Origin: Candidatus Jorgensenbacteria bacterium CG03_land_8_20_14_0_80_38_39
GTDB lineage: Bacteria > Patescibacteriota > Minisyncoccia > UBA6257 > GWB1-50-10
Direction: 5' to 3'
Assembly (NCBI GenBank): GCA_002781185.1
Contig: PEUU01000025.1
Span: 1 to 46,013, forward strand
DNA length: 46,013 nucleotides
Within the stretch, counting starts at the first letter, position 1. Every line of letters starts with the position of its first letter. The notes beneath the pieces are model-generated. The model saw nothing but the letters and a program-made list of their open reading frames with translations, had not been told where the DNA came from and searched no databases. The translations under genes were made by a program, and so were the position numbers. Below are positions 1-8,001 of this stretch, in pieces.

Positions 1-240
1 CCGAAGTCCGCCAGCAGGCGGATAAACTCCGCTCCCGCCGCCCTGCTCGTTCAGAGCAGAACCCAGCAAAAAAGTTTCCCTTTCCTTTTAGAAGAAAAGA
101 TCGGCGCGCGCAAATTAAAAAATGTGAAGAAAACTTTTTTGCGGGGTGGCGATCCGCCAGCTGGCGGAGAGCGGCGGCGGGGCGGAGCGTCAAAGTTCGC
201 AGTCCGGATTTTGCTCAAAGAAAGTTCGGATTTCGTCCAA
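1..240 (+). ncRNA. GC-rich structured region; unidentified candidate ncRNA, possibly truncated by the window edge
   Basis: A strongly GC-rich island in an AT-rich genome. Hairpins ccgccagcaggcgg (8..21), ctgctc-gttca-gagcag (43..59) and the palindrome ccgccagctggcgg (154..167). Long-range complementarity between ctccgctcccgccgcc (27..42) and gcggcggcggggcggag (171..187). No convincing CDS. Strand and identity are uncertain. Confidence 0.25.
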
Positions 241-557
241 CAAGACCGCCAAATACGATTTGTCGGAAGATGATTGATAATGTAAAAAAGATTTATAAAG
301 AGTAAATTTTTAAGTTTACCCCGTTAGCAAAATGAAGTTTTTGCTTCGGGGCAGATTTTAAAAAGGTGCGTTTAAAACTTGTTAAACGTAATCGCTTAGG
401 GTCACAAAATTTAGAAAGAAATATAAACGAATAAAACATTGATTCTATAATAAAAAATTGTCTCCATCAGGAAATCTACCACCGGGAGACAATCGTTGTT
501 GGATTAGGGGACTTGTTTTTTTCTTTTTTTTTGCTTTAATTAAATAAACAGGCAAAT

Positions 558-1061
558 ATTTTTCAATATTCTATAAACAACCAAATAAAAGCCGAGGAGC
601 TGCGAGTGATTGATGAAAAAGGCCAAAACTTGGGTATTTTTAAACTTGGAGAAGCTCTAAACTTAGCCCGAGAAAAAAATCTTGATTTGATTGAAATTTC
701 AGCCAGCGCCAATCCGCCGGTTGCCAAAATAATAAGTTTTGACAAATTCCGCTATCAAAAAGAAAAAGAAAAAAAGAAACAGCAGCAGACTCAAAAAACC
801 AAAGAATTGAAACAAATCCGAATTTCCCCCCGCGCCGCTTTAAATGACTTCCTCATTAAAGCCCGACAGGCAGAAAATTTCCTGAAAAACGGTCACCAAG
901 TGGAAATTAATTTGTTTTTAAGAGGCCGAGAAAAATTCAATAAAGAATGGAGCTTAAAAAAACTTGATGAATTTTTGAAAATGATAACCTTCCCTTATCA
1001 AATCACTTTGAAACCAAAAACCGGCGGTCGGGGCTTCGTCACCCAAATTTCGCCAAAATAA
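558..1061 (+). CDS. infC: Translation initiation factor IF-3, probably with a non-canonical ATT start
   Basis: The track ORF 606..1061 encodes the IF3 core. The frame is open back to the stop at 537..539. The upstream residues INNQIKAEELRVIDEKGQNLGI match the conserved IF3 N-terminus. No ATG, GTG or TTG lies in that stretch; ATT at 558 is the best initiator. Followed by rpmI-rplT as in the canonical operon. Confidence 0.85.
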   Translation: MFQYSINNQIKAEELRVIDEKGQNLGIFKLGEALNLAREKNLDLIEISASANPPVAKIISFDKFRYQKEKEKKKQQQTQKTKELKQIRISPRAALNDFLIKARQAENFLKNGHQVEINLFLRGREKFNKEWSLKKLDEFLKMITFPYQITLKPKTGGRGFVTQISPK

Positions 1062-1063
1062 TT

Positions 1064-1243
1064 ATGAGCACCAAAAGTCTTATTAAAAGAATAAAAATAA
1101 CCAAAAAAGGGAAAATCTTAAGAAGGGCCATGGGGTTAGGCCATAATAAAGCTCAAAAACGAACTGTTCAAATCAAACGCCGCCAAAAATTTCGCGGCTT
1201 GGATTTAAAGAAAAAAAATATTATCCGTTATTTAAACCGCTAA
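1064..1243 (+). CDS. rpmI: 50S ribosomal protein L35
   Basis: A 59-aa basic ORF, below the track cutoff: MSTKSLIKRIKITKKGKILRRAMGLGHNKAQKRTVQIKRRQKF... It starts 2 nt after the infC stop and ends 2 nt before rplT, the canonical position. Confidence 0.85.
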   Translation: MSTKSLIKRIKITKKGKILRRAMGLGHNKAQKRTVQIKRRQKFRGLDLKKKNIIRYLNR

Positions 1244-1245
1244 AT

Positions 1246-1590
1246 ATGACCAGAGTTAAAAGAGGGAAAATTGCCCGTAAAAAAAGAGAAAAAATTCTCA
1301 AATACACCAAGGGATTCAGATGGGGAAGAAAATCCAAAGAAAGAGCGGCTAAAGAAGCTCTTCTTCATGCTTTGAGCCGCCAATTTAAGGGCCGTAAAGA
1401 AAAGAAAAGAAATTATCGTCAGCTTTGGAATGTTAAAATAAACGCCGCTCTTCGGCCGGAAGGAATAAATTACAGCCGATTTATCAATGCTTTAAAAAAG
1501 AAAAAAATTGCCCTCAATAGAAAAATCCTGGCTGATTTGGCGGAAAACGAACCGGCAACCTTTAAAAAAATTGTTGAATTTGTAAAATAA
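1246..1590 (+). CDS. rplT: 50S ribosomal protein L20
   Basis: 114 aa beginning MTRVKRGKIARKKREKILKYTKGFRWGRK, a typical L20 N-terminus, in the infC-rpmI-rplT order. Confidence 0.95.
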   Translation: MTRVKRGKIARKKREKILKYTKGFRWGRKSKERAAKEALLHALSRQFKGRKEKKRNYRQLWNVKINAALRPEGINYSRFINALKKKKIALNRKILADLAENEPATFKKIVEFVK

Positions 1591-1593
1591 AAA

Positions 1594-1809
1594 ATGGCTC
1601 AAAAAACAACTATCAAAGGTTTTGAGGTTATTTACGATGACAATGCCTCAAGCGGTGTTTCTTATTTACGCGACAGCTTGGAATACGACGAGGCAATTAT
1701 TTTCTTTGACCGAGCCAGAAATTATGGCTCGGCTCCTTTTGAAGACCACAACGGCAATAATTTTACTTTAGTTTACCAAAACGGCGAATATTTTTTGAAC
1801 CGAAGATAA
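1594..1809 (+). CDS. Hypothetical small protein (71 aa) appended to the infC operon
   Basis: ATG lies 3 nt after the rplT stop. No motif recognised. The 3' end overlaps the convergent Ogt-like ORF by 47 nt. Confidence 0.45.
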   Translation: MAQKTTIKGFEVIYDDNASSGVSYLRDSLEYDEAIIFFDRARNYGSAPFEDHNGNNFTLVYQNGEYFLNRR

Positions 1810-2143
1810 AACAAAAACGCTTTAAATCAATCCGGCAATTTTTTATTTGAACTCCTTCTTTTTTTAAAATTCTTATTTTTTCTCTTTGCCCTTTAACATA
1901 GCCGCCAATAAATCCACTTGAACGAATCACCCGATGGCAGGGTATTTTTTCGCCCGCCAAAATTTTCCCTGAAAATTTAGGTGGGTAAAGATTTTTATTT
2001 TTGTTTAAAGCTTGACCGACTGCCCGAAAGGCCTGTGGCTGATTAATAATTCGGCTTATTTCTTTATAAGTTGAAACTTTGCCGGGCGGAATAAACTTTG
2101 CGGCGGTCCAAACTTTTTCTTTAAAACTTAATTTCTTTTTCAC
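1763..2143 (-). CDS. ogt: Methylated-DNA--protein-cysteine methyltransferase-like protein (DNA-binding/active-site domain only)
   Basis: PCHRV active-site motif (EKIPCHRVIRSSGFIGGY) preceded by a helix-turn-helix-like segment (VSTYKEISRII...AFRAVGQAL). It is short, with no N-terminal domain, and has an insertion before PCHRV. Confidence 0.7.
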   Translation of the reverse strand: MKKKLSFKEKVWTAAKFIPPGKVSTYKEISRIINQPQAFRAVGQALNKNKNLYPPKFSGKILAGEKIPCHRVIRSSGFIGGYVKGQREKIRILKKEGVQIKNCRIDLKRFCFIFGSKNIRRFGKLK

Positions 2144-2153
2144 TTTTTAACGT

Positions 2154-2570
2154 TTAACTGAATAAAACTTTGAAGGCTTTATTTAAAATGTTTTTTTGGT
2201 TTTGATAAATCAACATCCTTAAAGCTTCCCGATGGGAAAACCAGCCAAAACCTTGATGTTCAAAAGAAATCCTGATAATCGGATTTTTTGTTTCAGCCAA
2301 AAAATAAACTACAATTTTAAAAATCTTTCTTTTTTGCTGAGTAAAAATATAACGGTCGTAAACTTTAAATTTTTTGCTGAAAGTTAAATCGCCGGGACGC
2401 AAGCCGGTTTCTTCTTTAATTTCCCTTAAGGCGGCGGTATAAGAATCTTCTTCTTTTTCCAGCTTTCCCTTGGGGAAATTCCAATAACGGCCGCCGTGAT
2501 AAAGCAATAAAAATTTCGGCCCTTCTTTGGTTTTTCTGAAAATTATGATGCCGGCTGAAATTTCACGCAT
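2154..2570 (-). CDS. Nudix hydrolase
   Basis: Nudix box GKLEKEEDSYTAALREIKEETGL (GX5EX7REUXEEXGU). The start is taken at ATG 2570 (MREIS...); the track's TTG at 2588 falls inside an inverted-repeat arm. Confidence 0.8.
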   Translation of the reverse strand: MREISAGIIIFRKTKEGPKFLLLYHGGRYWNFPKGKLEKEEDSYTAALREIKEETGLRPGDLTFSKKFKVYDRYIFTQQKRKIFKIVVYFLAETKNPIIRISFEHQGFGWFSHREALRMLIYQNQKNILNKAFKVLFS

Positions 2571-2580
2571 AAATAAATCA

Positions 2581-2604
2581 CTAATCAATCTCTAATATTA
2601 TCTC
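2581..2604. repeat. Left arm of the inverted repeat bracketing the GxxExxY gene
   Basis: ctaatcaatctctaatattatctc; its partner at 3017..3040 reads ctaatcaatctctaattttatctc as a reverse complement (23 of 24 positions match). Confidence 0.8.
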
Positions 2605-2617
2605 TAATAATCTCGAA

Positions 2618-2995
2618 TTAGTCGCCTTTTAAAATTCTTTTAAATTGCAGATTATTTCTATTGAAATTTGCCAAAATGCCTAAAGAAGTATTAGTGGCCT
2701 TCAAATAAGCCAAAACTTGTTTCACATCACGAATATAAAATTTATTAGCCACCTTAATTTCTAATATAATTTTATCTTCTATTAAAAAATCAAGAAAATA
2801 TCTTCCTATAGAAATGCCCTTAAATGAAAGTGGAATACTTATCTGTTCTTTAAATTTTATATCTCTATTTTTAAATTCTTGAGAAACGGCTCGCTGATAA
2901 TATTTTTCTTGATAACCACCACCTAAGTTATTGTAAACATCAAAAAGAATACCGATTATCTTATAACTTAATTCTTTTTCAACTAATTTAGCCAT
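2618..2995 (-). CDS. GxxExxY family protein (PD-(D/E)XK-like; the family often encoded in 23S rRNA intervening sequences)
   Basis: 125 aa with GGGYQEKYYQRAV (the GxxExxY motif) and the family's overall pattern (LDFLIEDKIILEIK). Confidence 0.75.
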   Translation of the reverse strand: MAKLVEKELSYKIIGILFDVYNNLGGGYQEKYYQRAVSQEFKNRDIKFKEQISIPLSFKGISIGRYFLDFLIEDKIILEIKVANKFYIRDVKQVLAYLKATNTSLGILANFNRNNLQFKRILKGD

Positions 2996-3016
2996 ACTAA
3001 TTATTAGAGAACATTC

Positions 3017-3040
3017 GAGATAAAATTAGAGATTGATTAG
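3017..3040. repeat. Right arm of the inverted repeat bracketing the GxxExxY gene
   Basis: gagataaaattagagattgattag is the reverse complement of the 2581..2604 arm with one mismatch. Confidence 0.8.
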
Positions 3041-3043
3041 GGA

Positions 3044-4813
3044 TTATTTTAACATTTTTAACATCTTCTCCAATGGCCAGTAGTTAATAATGTCTTTTTT
3101 TTCAGCCCAACCCCGCCGGGCCTGACTAATGCCATATTCCAAATAAGGTAAATGGGTAACAGAATGAGCGTCAGAATCAATGGCAATTTTTACTCCGGCT
3201 TTTATAGCCAAATGGATATGGTCGTCTTTTAAATCCAGACGATTGGGGTAAGCGTTAACTTCCAAAACCGTTTTGGTTTTTTGGGCGGTTTTAATAATTT
3301 CTTCAATATCAAATTCGTAAGCTTCTCTTTTTTGAATGATCCGGCCCGAAGGATGAAATAAAATATCAACATTAGGATTGCTTATGGCTTTTTTAATTCT
3401 TTCGGTCTGCTCTTTTTTGGAAAGATTAAAATAAGAATGAATAGAAACTCCCACGACATCTAATTTGGCCAAAACTTCGTCCTTAATATCCAAACTGCCG
3501 TCTTTTAAGATATCGCATTCTGTGCCTTTTAGAATCTTAAATGGTTCGACTCGGCTCACCACGGGTTTTGAATTTTGTTCGTCAATTGACGAATTGAATT
3601 TTAAATTAAGCCGGTCAATTTCTTTTATTTGCTCCAGAAGTCTTTTTTCATCAAGACCATTGGCCATGGCCAGTCTTTTGGTGTGGTCGGTAATAGCAAT
3701 ATACTCCAAACCTTGCGCCATAGCTGCTTTAGCCATTTCTTCAATGGAATTTACGCCATCGGTCCAATTGGTTTGAACCTGCAAGTCCCCTAAAATTTCT
3801 CCGTAATCAATAAGTTTGGGAAGCTGATGGCGTCGAGCCAGTTCAATTTCTCCTTTGTTTTCCCGCATTTCCGGTTCAATGTAATCCAAGCCTAATTTTT
3901 CATAAATTTCTTCCTCGGTTTCACCGGCAATTTGTTTTTTTCCTTTAAACAAACCGTACTCATTCAGCTTGTAACCTTTCTTAAGGGCGATTTCCCTTAA
4001 AGCGACATTGTGGTCTTTAGAACCGGTGAAATAACTCAGAGCCGCGCCGTAAGATTTTTTTTCTACCACTCTCAAGTCAACATCCAAACCATTGTTTAAC
4101 TGAACCGCTGATTTAGTTAAACCCTTGGCATAAACTCTGGCGACTTCGGGCAAGGAAACAAAATAATCCATTACTGGCCGGGAATCGTTGGAAATAACTA
4201 AAATGTCCGCGTCACCAATAGTTTCTTTCCAGCGCCTGACCGAACCAGCCGCCACTAATCTTTCAACTTCTTTCAATTTTTTCAAACGCTCTTCCAAACT
4301 GCGAATCAATGACCTGGTAAACCCCAAAATAAAACGGCCGCTGGATTTTTTCAAAAACTTGATGCCTTCTAAAATGTTTTCTTCGGTTTTTTCCCCAAAG
4401 CCTTCAATTTTTCTGATTTTTCCGGTTTGGGCGGCTTTTTCCAAATCTTGAATATTTTTAATGCCCAGGGCTTCGTAAAGTTTTTTTAGGCTCTTTGGAC
4501 CTAAACCTTCAATTCTTCTTAGGGAAATTAAATCTAGGGGCGTTTGTTTTTTTAACTTTTCATAATACTTCAAATGGCCGGTTTTAATGAGCTCTTCAAT
4601 TTTTTCGGCAATGGAAACGCCGATTCCCGGAATGTCTTCAATAGCTTTTAAACCGCCATTTTTATAAATACTTTCCACTTCCTCTTCTAATTCTTCAATA
4701 ACCTCAGCAGCTTTTTCGTAAGCTCGAGGTTTAAAAGCCACGCTTTGCATTTCTAAATATTCCCCTATTTCTTTTAAAATTTCGGCAATTTGATGATTGC
4801 TAATCATACTCAC
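3044..4813 (-). CDS. polX: Family X DNA polymerase with C-terminal PHP domain (PolX)
   Basis: 589 aa. N-terminal HhH motifs (IPGIGVSIAEKI, IEGLGPKSLKKL), a Pol-beta-like core (GSVRRWKETIGDADILV), and a PHP domain (DLQVQTNWTDG...ITDHT...HSYF...DSDAHS). Confidence 0.85.
   Translation of the reverse strand: MSMISNHQIAEILKEIGEYLEMQSVAFKPRAYEKAAEVIEELEEEVESIYKNGGLKAIEDIPGIGVSIAEKIEELIKTGHLKYYEKLKKQTPLDLISLRRIEGLGPKSLKKLYEALGIKNIQDLEKAAQTGKIRKIEGFGEKTEENILEGIKFLKKSSGRFILGFTRSLIRSLEERLKKLKEVERLVAAGSVRRWKETIGDADILVISNDSRPVMDYFVSLPEVARVYAKGLTKSAVQLNNGLDVDLRVVEKKSYGAALSYFTGSKDHNVALREIALKKGYKLNEYGLFKGKKQIAGETEEEIYEKLGLDYIEPEMRENKGEIELARRHQLPKLIDYGEILGDLQVQTNWTDGVNSIEEMAKAAMAQGLEYIAITDHTKRLAMANGLDEKRLLEQIKEIDRLNLKFNSSIDEQNSKPVVSRVEPFKILKGTECDILKDGSLDIKDEVLAKLDVVGVSIHSYFNLSKKEQTERIKKAISNPNVDILFHPSGRIIQKREAYEFDIEEIIKTAQKTKTVLEVNAYPNRLDLKDDHIHLAIKAGVKIAIDSDAHSVTHLPYLEYGISQARRGWAEKKDIINYWPLEKMLKMLK
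3541..3593. repeat. Copy A of an in-frame GC-rich palindromic element, inside polX
   Basis: atggttcgacTcGgctcacca...gggttttgaatttt...aattgacgaa shares three blocks with 15949..16013. It encodes ...SSIDEQNSKPVVSRVEPF... on the minus strand. Confidence 0.7.
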
Positions 4814-4817
4814 AAAA

Positions 4818-5474
4818 TTAACCTATGGCCGGCGGCCGATGGTCGGGAATACCAACCGATTTTTTAATCACTGGTTCGGGAAGAATGAGCTTTGGCATGG
4901 TTATTAAAAAAATGATGCTGGTTAAAGAAAAAATACCGACTAAGATAAAAACAATACTGTAGCCAAACCAGTTAGCTAATAATCCGCCAATTAAACCGCT
5001 GATGCCGGAAGCAAAACCAATGGCCGTGCTGTCCAAAGACCAATCAAAGGAATAACGGCTTTTATCCAAGTGCCGAGAAAAAACCCCTGACCAAGCCGGC
5101 GTATAAATAGCAAAAGCAATGGCGTGAATCGCTTGAACCAAATAAAGAGCCGCCAGACTTCTCACGGCTAAAAAGGCAAAAGCCGCAAAACTGCTTAAAA
5201 TTAAACTGACAACTAAAGCGTAAAAATCATCTTTTTCGCCTTCAATTTTATCCAAAAGATTGGCAATTGGCAGCTGAACAGCGGATTTAATAATCCAATA
5301 AATAGCCGCGGCTAAACCCACTGTTCCTAAAGTGGCCCCGCTGATTTTATCAATAATAAAAATAGGAAAGATTGGACCTAAAAATCCCCAGGCGCCCATT
5401 ACAGCCAAATCAACAAAAATATAATTTCGGATTAATTTACTAACTTTAAGATTGATGTCAATTTTTATTTTCAT
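4818..5474 (-). CDS. Six-TM membrane protein resembling a half-size MFS transporter
   Basis: 218 aa with about six hydrophobic helices and an MFS-like loop (NLLDKIEGEKDD). Roughly half the length of a normal MFS protein. Confidence 0.45.
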   Translation of the reverse strand: MKIKIDINLKVSKLIRNYIFVDLAVMGAWGFLGPIFPIFIIDKISGATLGTVGLAAAIYWIIKSAVQLPIANLLDKIEGEKDDFYALVVSLILSSFAAFAFLAVRSLAALYLVQAIHAIAFAIYTPAWSGVFSRHLDKSRYSFDWSLDSTAIGFASGISGLIGGLLANWFGYSIVFILVGIFSLTSIIFLITMPKLILPEPVIKKSVGIPDHRPPAIG

Positions 5475-5493
5475 TTTTTTAAAAGCATTTTAT

Positions 5494-8001
5494 CTACTCA
5501 ACCAATTTAAATTGAAAATCATTGTTTTCAAAACTAACTTTTAAGGAGTTCCCCCGGCCGATTTCTTTCTTTAAGATTTTTTCCGAGAGCCGGCTTTTAA
5601 TTTTACTGGAAATAACTTGCCTCATGGGCCGAGCGCCGAAAACGGGGTTGTAACCCAACTCGGCAATTTCAGAAATTGCTCCTTCTTCAAAATCCAAACC
5701 AATGTTTTGGGTTTCCTTCAAACTTTTAGCCAGGTCGTTCAGTTGAATTTGAACAATGGATTTTATTTCTTGAAGCTCCAAATTGCGGAAAACAATAACA
5801 TCGGAGAAACGGTTTAGCAATTCCGGCTTAAAAATGCTGGTTAATTTTTTCTTCAATTCGTCGGCAATTGCTTCTATAGGCTGACCGGCTTCCAAATTTT
5901 TAACAATAAATTCAGAATGGGCGTTGCTAGTGGCAATAATGATAGTATTTTGAAAATCCACCAACCGGCCTAAACTGTCGGTCAATCTCCCTTCATCAAA
6001 AACCTGAAGAAACAAATTTAAAATATCCGGATGAGCTTTTTCAAACTCATCTAATAAAATCAAACTGTAAGGTTTTTGTAAAACCGAGTCAGTTAACGCC
6101 CCGCTAACATTGAAAGAAGGGGCGCCTAAAAAACGGCTGATGGTTTGTTTTTCCTGATACTCGGACATATCAAAACGAATCATGGCGTTTTCAGAACCAA
6201 ATTGAAGTTTGGCTAAAATTTTGGAAAGTTCGGTTTTGCCGACGCCGGTTGGTCCGACAAACAAAAAAGCCGCAATCGGTCCGCCTTTGCGAGCCAAACC
6301 GCTCCGATATTCTCTTAAGGCTTCCGCTACGGCGTTGACGGCCTGATTTTGATTAACCAAACGCTCATGAATTAATTTTTCTAAATCCAGCAATTGCTTA
6401 ATCTCTTTTTCGCCGGCCCTTTGAATGGGAATCTGACTTCTTTCTTCAGCCACGGCAATAACTAAATCTTCATCAACCCTTTTTAATCTTTGACGTGCAG
6501 CTTCGGCTAATGCCTGCTTAAGCAAATCTTCGGCGCTTAAGGGTAAAACTTTTTGACGAAAATAGCGGTAAGCTAATTCCACGGCTTTTTTTATGGCTTT
6601 GAAACTGATAAAAATTTTGTAACTTTTTTCCAAAATCAAGCTGTCAAAAACCAAAAACCTAACGGATTCTTCCTGAGTTAATTCTTGAACTTGAAGAACC
6701 TCAAACATACTAAAAATTTCGCTTCGGGGTTCAATCCATTGCTTTAATTCCCGGGGATAAGTTTCGGCAATAACCGGAAAGGCGCTGGATTTTAAAATCG
6801 GCAGGAAAATATCAATAGCATTTAAAAATTGAGGGCCGGCGGTCCGAAAAAGATTTTCAAAATTAGGAATGTGTAAGATAATGTTTCCGGCTTTAAATAT
6901 TTCGTCAACTATGGTTTTCAAACGACCGGCCAAAACATCCGGCGTGGCGCTGGCAACTAAAGAGCCAATATCCAAAGAAACCAGACGCTTATCAAAAAGA
7001 GCCGGCGGCACCTGGTCCTTAACAATTAAAAAAGCTAAATGGGCCACCAAGGCTGACTTGCCAACCCCGGGTTCGCCGACCAGCAAAGCATTGGGGCTGA
7101 CGGCTCGGCAAAGAATTTCCACTAATCTTTGAAATTCTTTATCGTGACCGATTAAAAAGCCGATTTTTTCATTTCTCGCCAAATCAGTTAAATCAGTGCT
7201 TAAGGAATCCAAAACCGATGTTGGTCGGCTGGTCCAAGCCCGGTTTATAACCCGATGACGCAAACGATAACTAAAATGGCCGAAACCGCCCAAGACTCTC
7301 GGCAGCTGCCGAAGTCGGGCAAATAAAGACGAGTAGCGGCCGAAAATTGAAGCTTCCCTAATATCCCCGGCCGAAAGATTAAAAAGTTCCAAAAGTTTTA
7401 TAAAGCAGGGCTGGGGAAAAGCCATTAAAGCCGAAAGAATGCTGTAAGGTTCAATAAATCTTTCGCCCATCAGCCCCGCCTCTTGAAAAGCCGCCATTAC
7501 TAATCCTTCGGTAAAGTTTTTTAAATCATTTTTCATTGCTGTTTCCTTTGACTGCTCTAAATATCCCTCCAATTTTTCTTCAAATTCTTTTAAAGAAATG
7601 TCTAATCGTTTAAAAATTTCCTTGATAGTCTCTTGTTCAATAAGTTCTTTCAAAAGCAAAACGTGAAAATCTTTTTTAAAAACCGAAGATTTTAAAAAGG
7701 CTTGCATTATGACTTGATGAGTTTTGGGCGTCAAATAATTAGCCAGGTTAATCTTTTTTTTCTTTGGTTCCCGCTTTAATTCTGATAATGATTTTTCGGC
7801 TTGACCAAAATGAGAAAGACGGTCAATTAAAAACAAACTCAAAAGCAAGCCAAGCCAGCGGAAAGCCAAAAAATCGGAAAAAAACAAAACCGGCAAACTG
7901 ACTGCTAAAATTGCATAAACTACATAAATGGAAATTTTGACGAGGGAATTCCCCAATAAACTTAAATTCAACAGCGGGTCGTAAAAATAAAATCTGTTCA
8001 T
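5494..8001 (-). CDS. Clp/Hsp100-family AAA+ ATPase with an N-terminal membrane anchor and a degenerate D1 Walker B
   Basis: 835 aa. Two N-terminal hydrophobic helices and Clp_N-like repeats. D1 Walker A is GEPGVGKSALV, but the Walker B position reads NIILHIPNFENLF instead of ...FIDELH. D2 is intact (GPTGVGKTELSK, LILLDEFEKAHPD, sensor/arginine region GARPMRQ). Confidence 0.8.
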   Translation of the reverse strand: MNRFYFYDPLLNLSLLGNSLVKISIYVVYAILAVSLPVLFFSDFLAFRWLGLLLSLFLIDRLSHFGQAEKSLSELKREPKKKKINLANYLTPKTHQVIMQAFLKSSVFKKDFHVLLLKELIEQETIKEIFKRLDISLKEFEEKLEGYLEQSKETAMKNDLKNFTEGLVMAAFQEAGLMGERFIEPYSILSALMAFPQPCFIKLLELFNLSAGDIREASIFGRYSSLFARLRQLPRVLGGFGHFSYRLRHRVINRAWTSRPTSVLDSLSTDLTDLARNEKIGFLIGHDKEFQRLVEILCRAVSPNALLVGEPGVGKSALVAHLAFLIVKDQVPPALFDKRLVSLDIGSLVASATPDVLAGRLKTIVDEIFKAGNIILHIPNFENLFRTAGPQFLNAIDIFLPILKSSAFPVIAETYPRELKQWIEPRSEIFSMFEVLQVQELTQEESVRFLVFDSLILEKSYKIFISFKAIKKAVELAYRYFRQKVLPLSAEDLLKQALAEAARQRLKRVDEDLVIAVAEERSQIPIQRAGEKEIKQLLDLEKLIHERLVNQNQAVNAVAEALREYRSGLARKGGPIAAFLFVGPTGVGKTELSKILAKLQFGSENAMIRFDMSEYQEKQTISRFLGAPSFNVSGALTDSVLQKPYSLILLDEFEKAHPDILNLFLQVFDEGRLTDSLGRLVDFQNTIIIATSNAHSEFIVKNLEAGQPIEAIADELKKKLTSIFKPELLNRFSDVIVFRNLELQEIKSIVQIQLNDLAKSLKETQNIGLDFEEGAISEIAELGYNPVFGARPMRQVISSKIKSRLSEKILKKEIGRGNSLKVSFENNDFQFKLVE

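Noticed and set aside
1-240. Assigning the GC-rich island as RNase P RNA (rnpB)
   Set aside because: Two short strings resemble the GGUAAACYCC...GAGC.AGAAACCCAAA segment. I could not find the P4 3' strand (ACAGAA...GGCUUA-type) or a consistent overall fold, and the spacing is much shorter than in known type A or B RNAs. Not called; it needs a covariance-model scan.
1-273. A stop-free frame-1 stretch of ~90 codons at the window start, as a possible 3' end of a protein gene
   Set aside because: The open frame is expected by chance in GC-rich sequence. The translation (…RRINSAPAALLVQSRTQQKS…GGERRRGGASKF…) looks non-protein-like, and the DNA is dominated by palindromic hairpins. Kept only as a structured-RNA candidate.
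457-540. The hairpin attgtctcc...ggagacaat (457..493) plus a T-run (516..532) as an L20-leader-type attenuator upstream of infC
   Set aside because: The T-run starts ~22 nt after the stem, so it is not a canonical intrinsic terminator, and I cannot recognise the L20-binding mimic. Too weak to call.
3465-4451. Plus-strand ORFs 3465..3776 and 4188..4451 in the track
   Set aside because: They lie antisense within the well-supported PolX gene, have low-complexity S/F/L-rich translations and carry no motifs. They are typical shadow ORFs.
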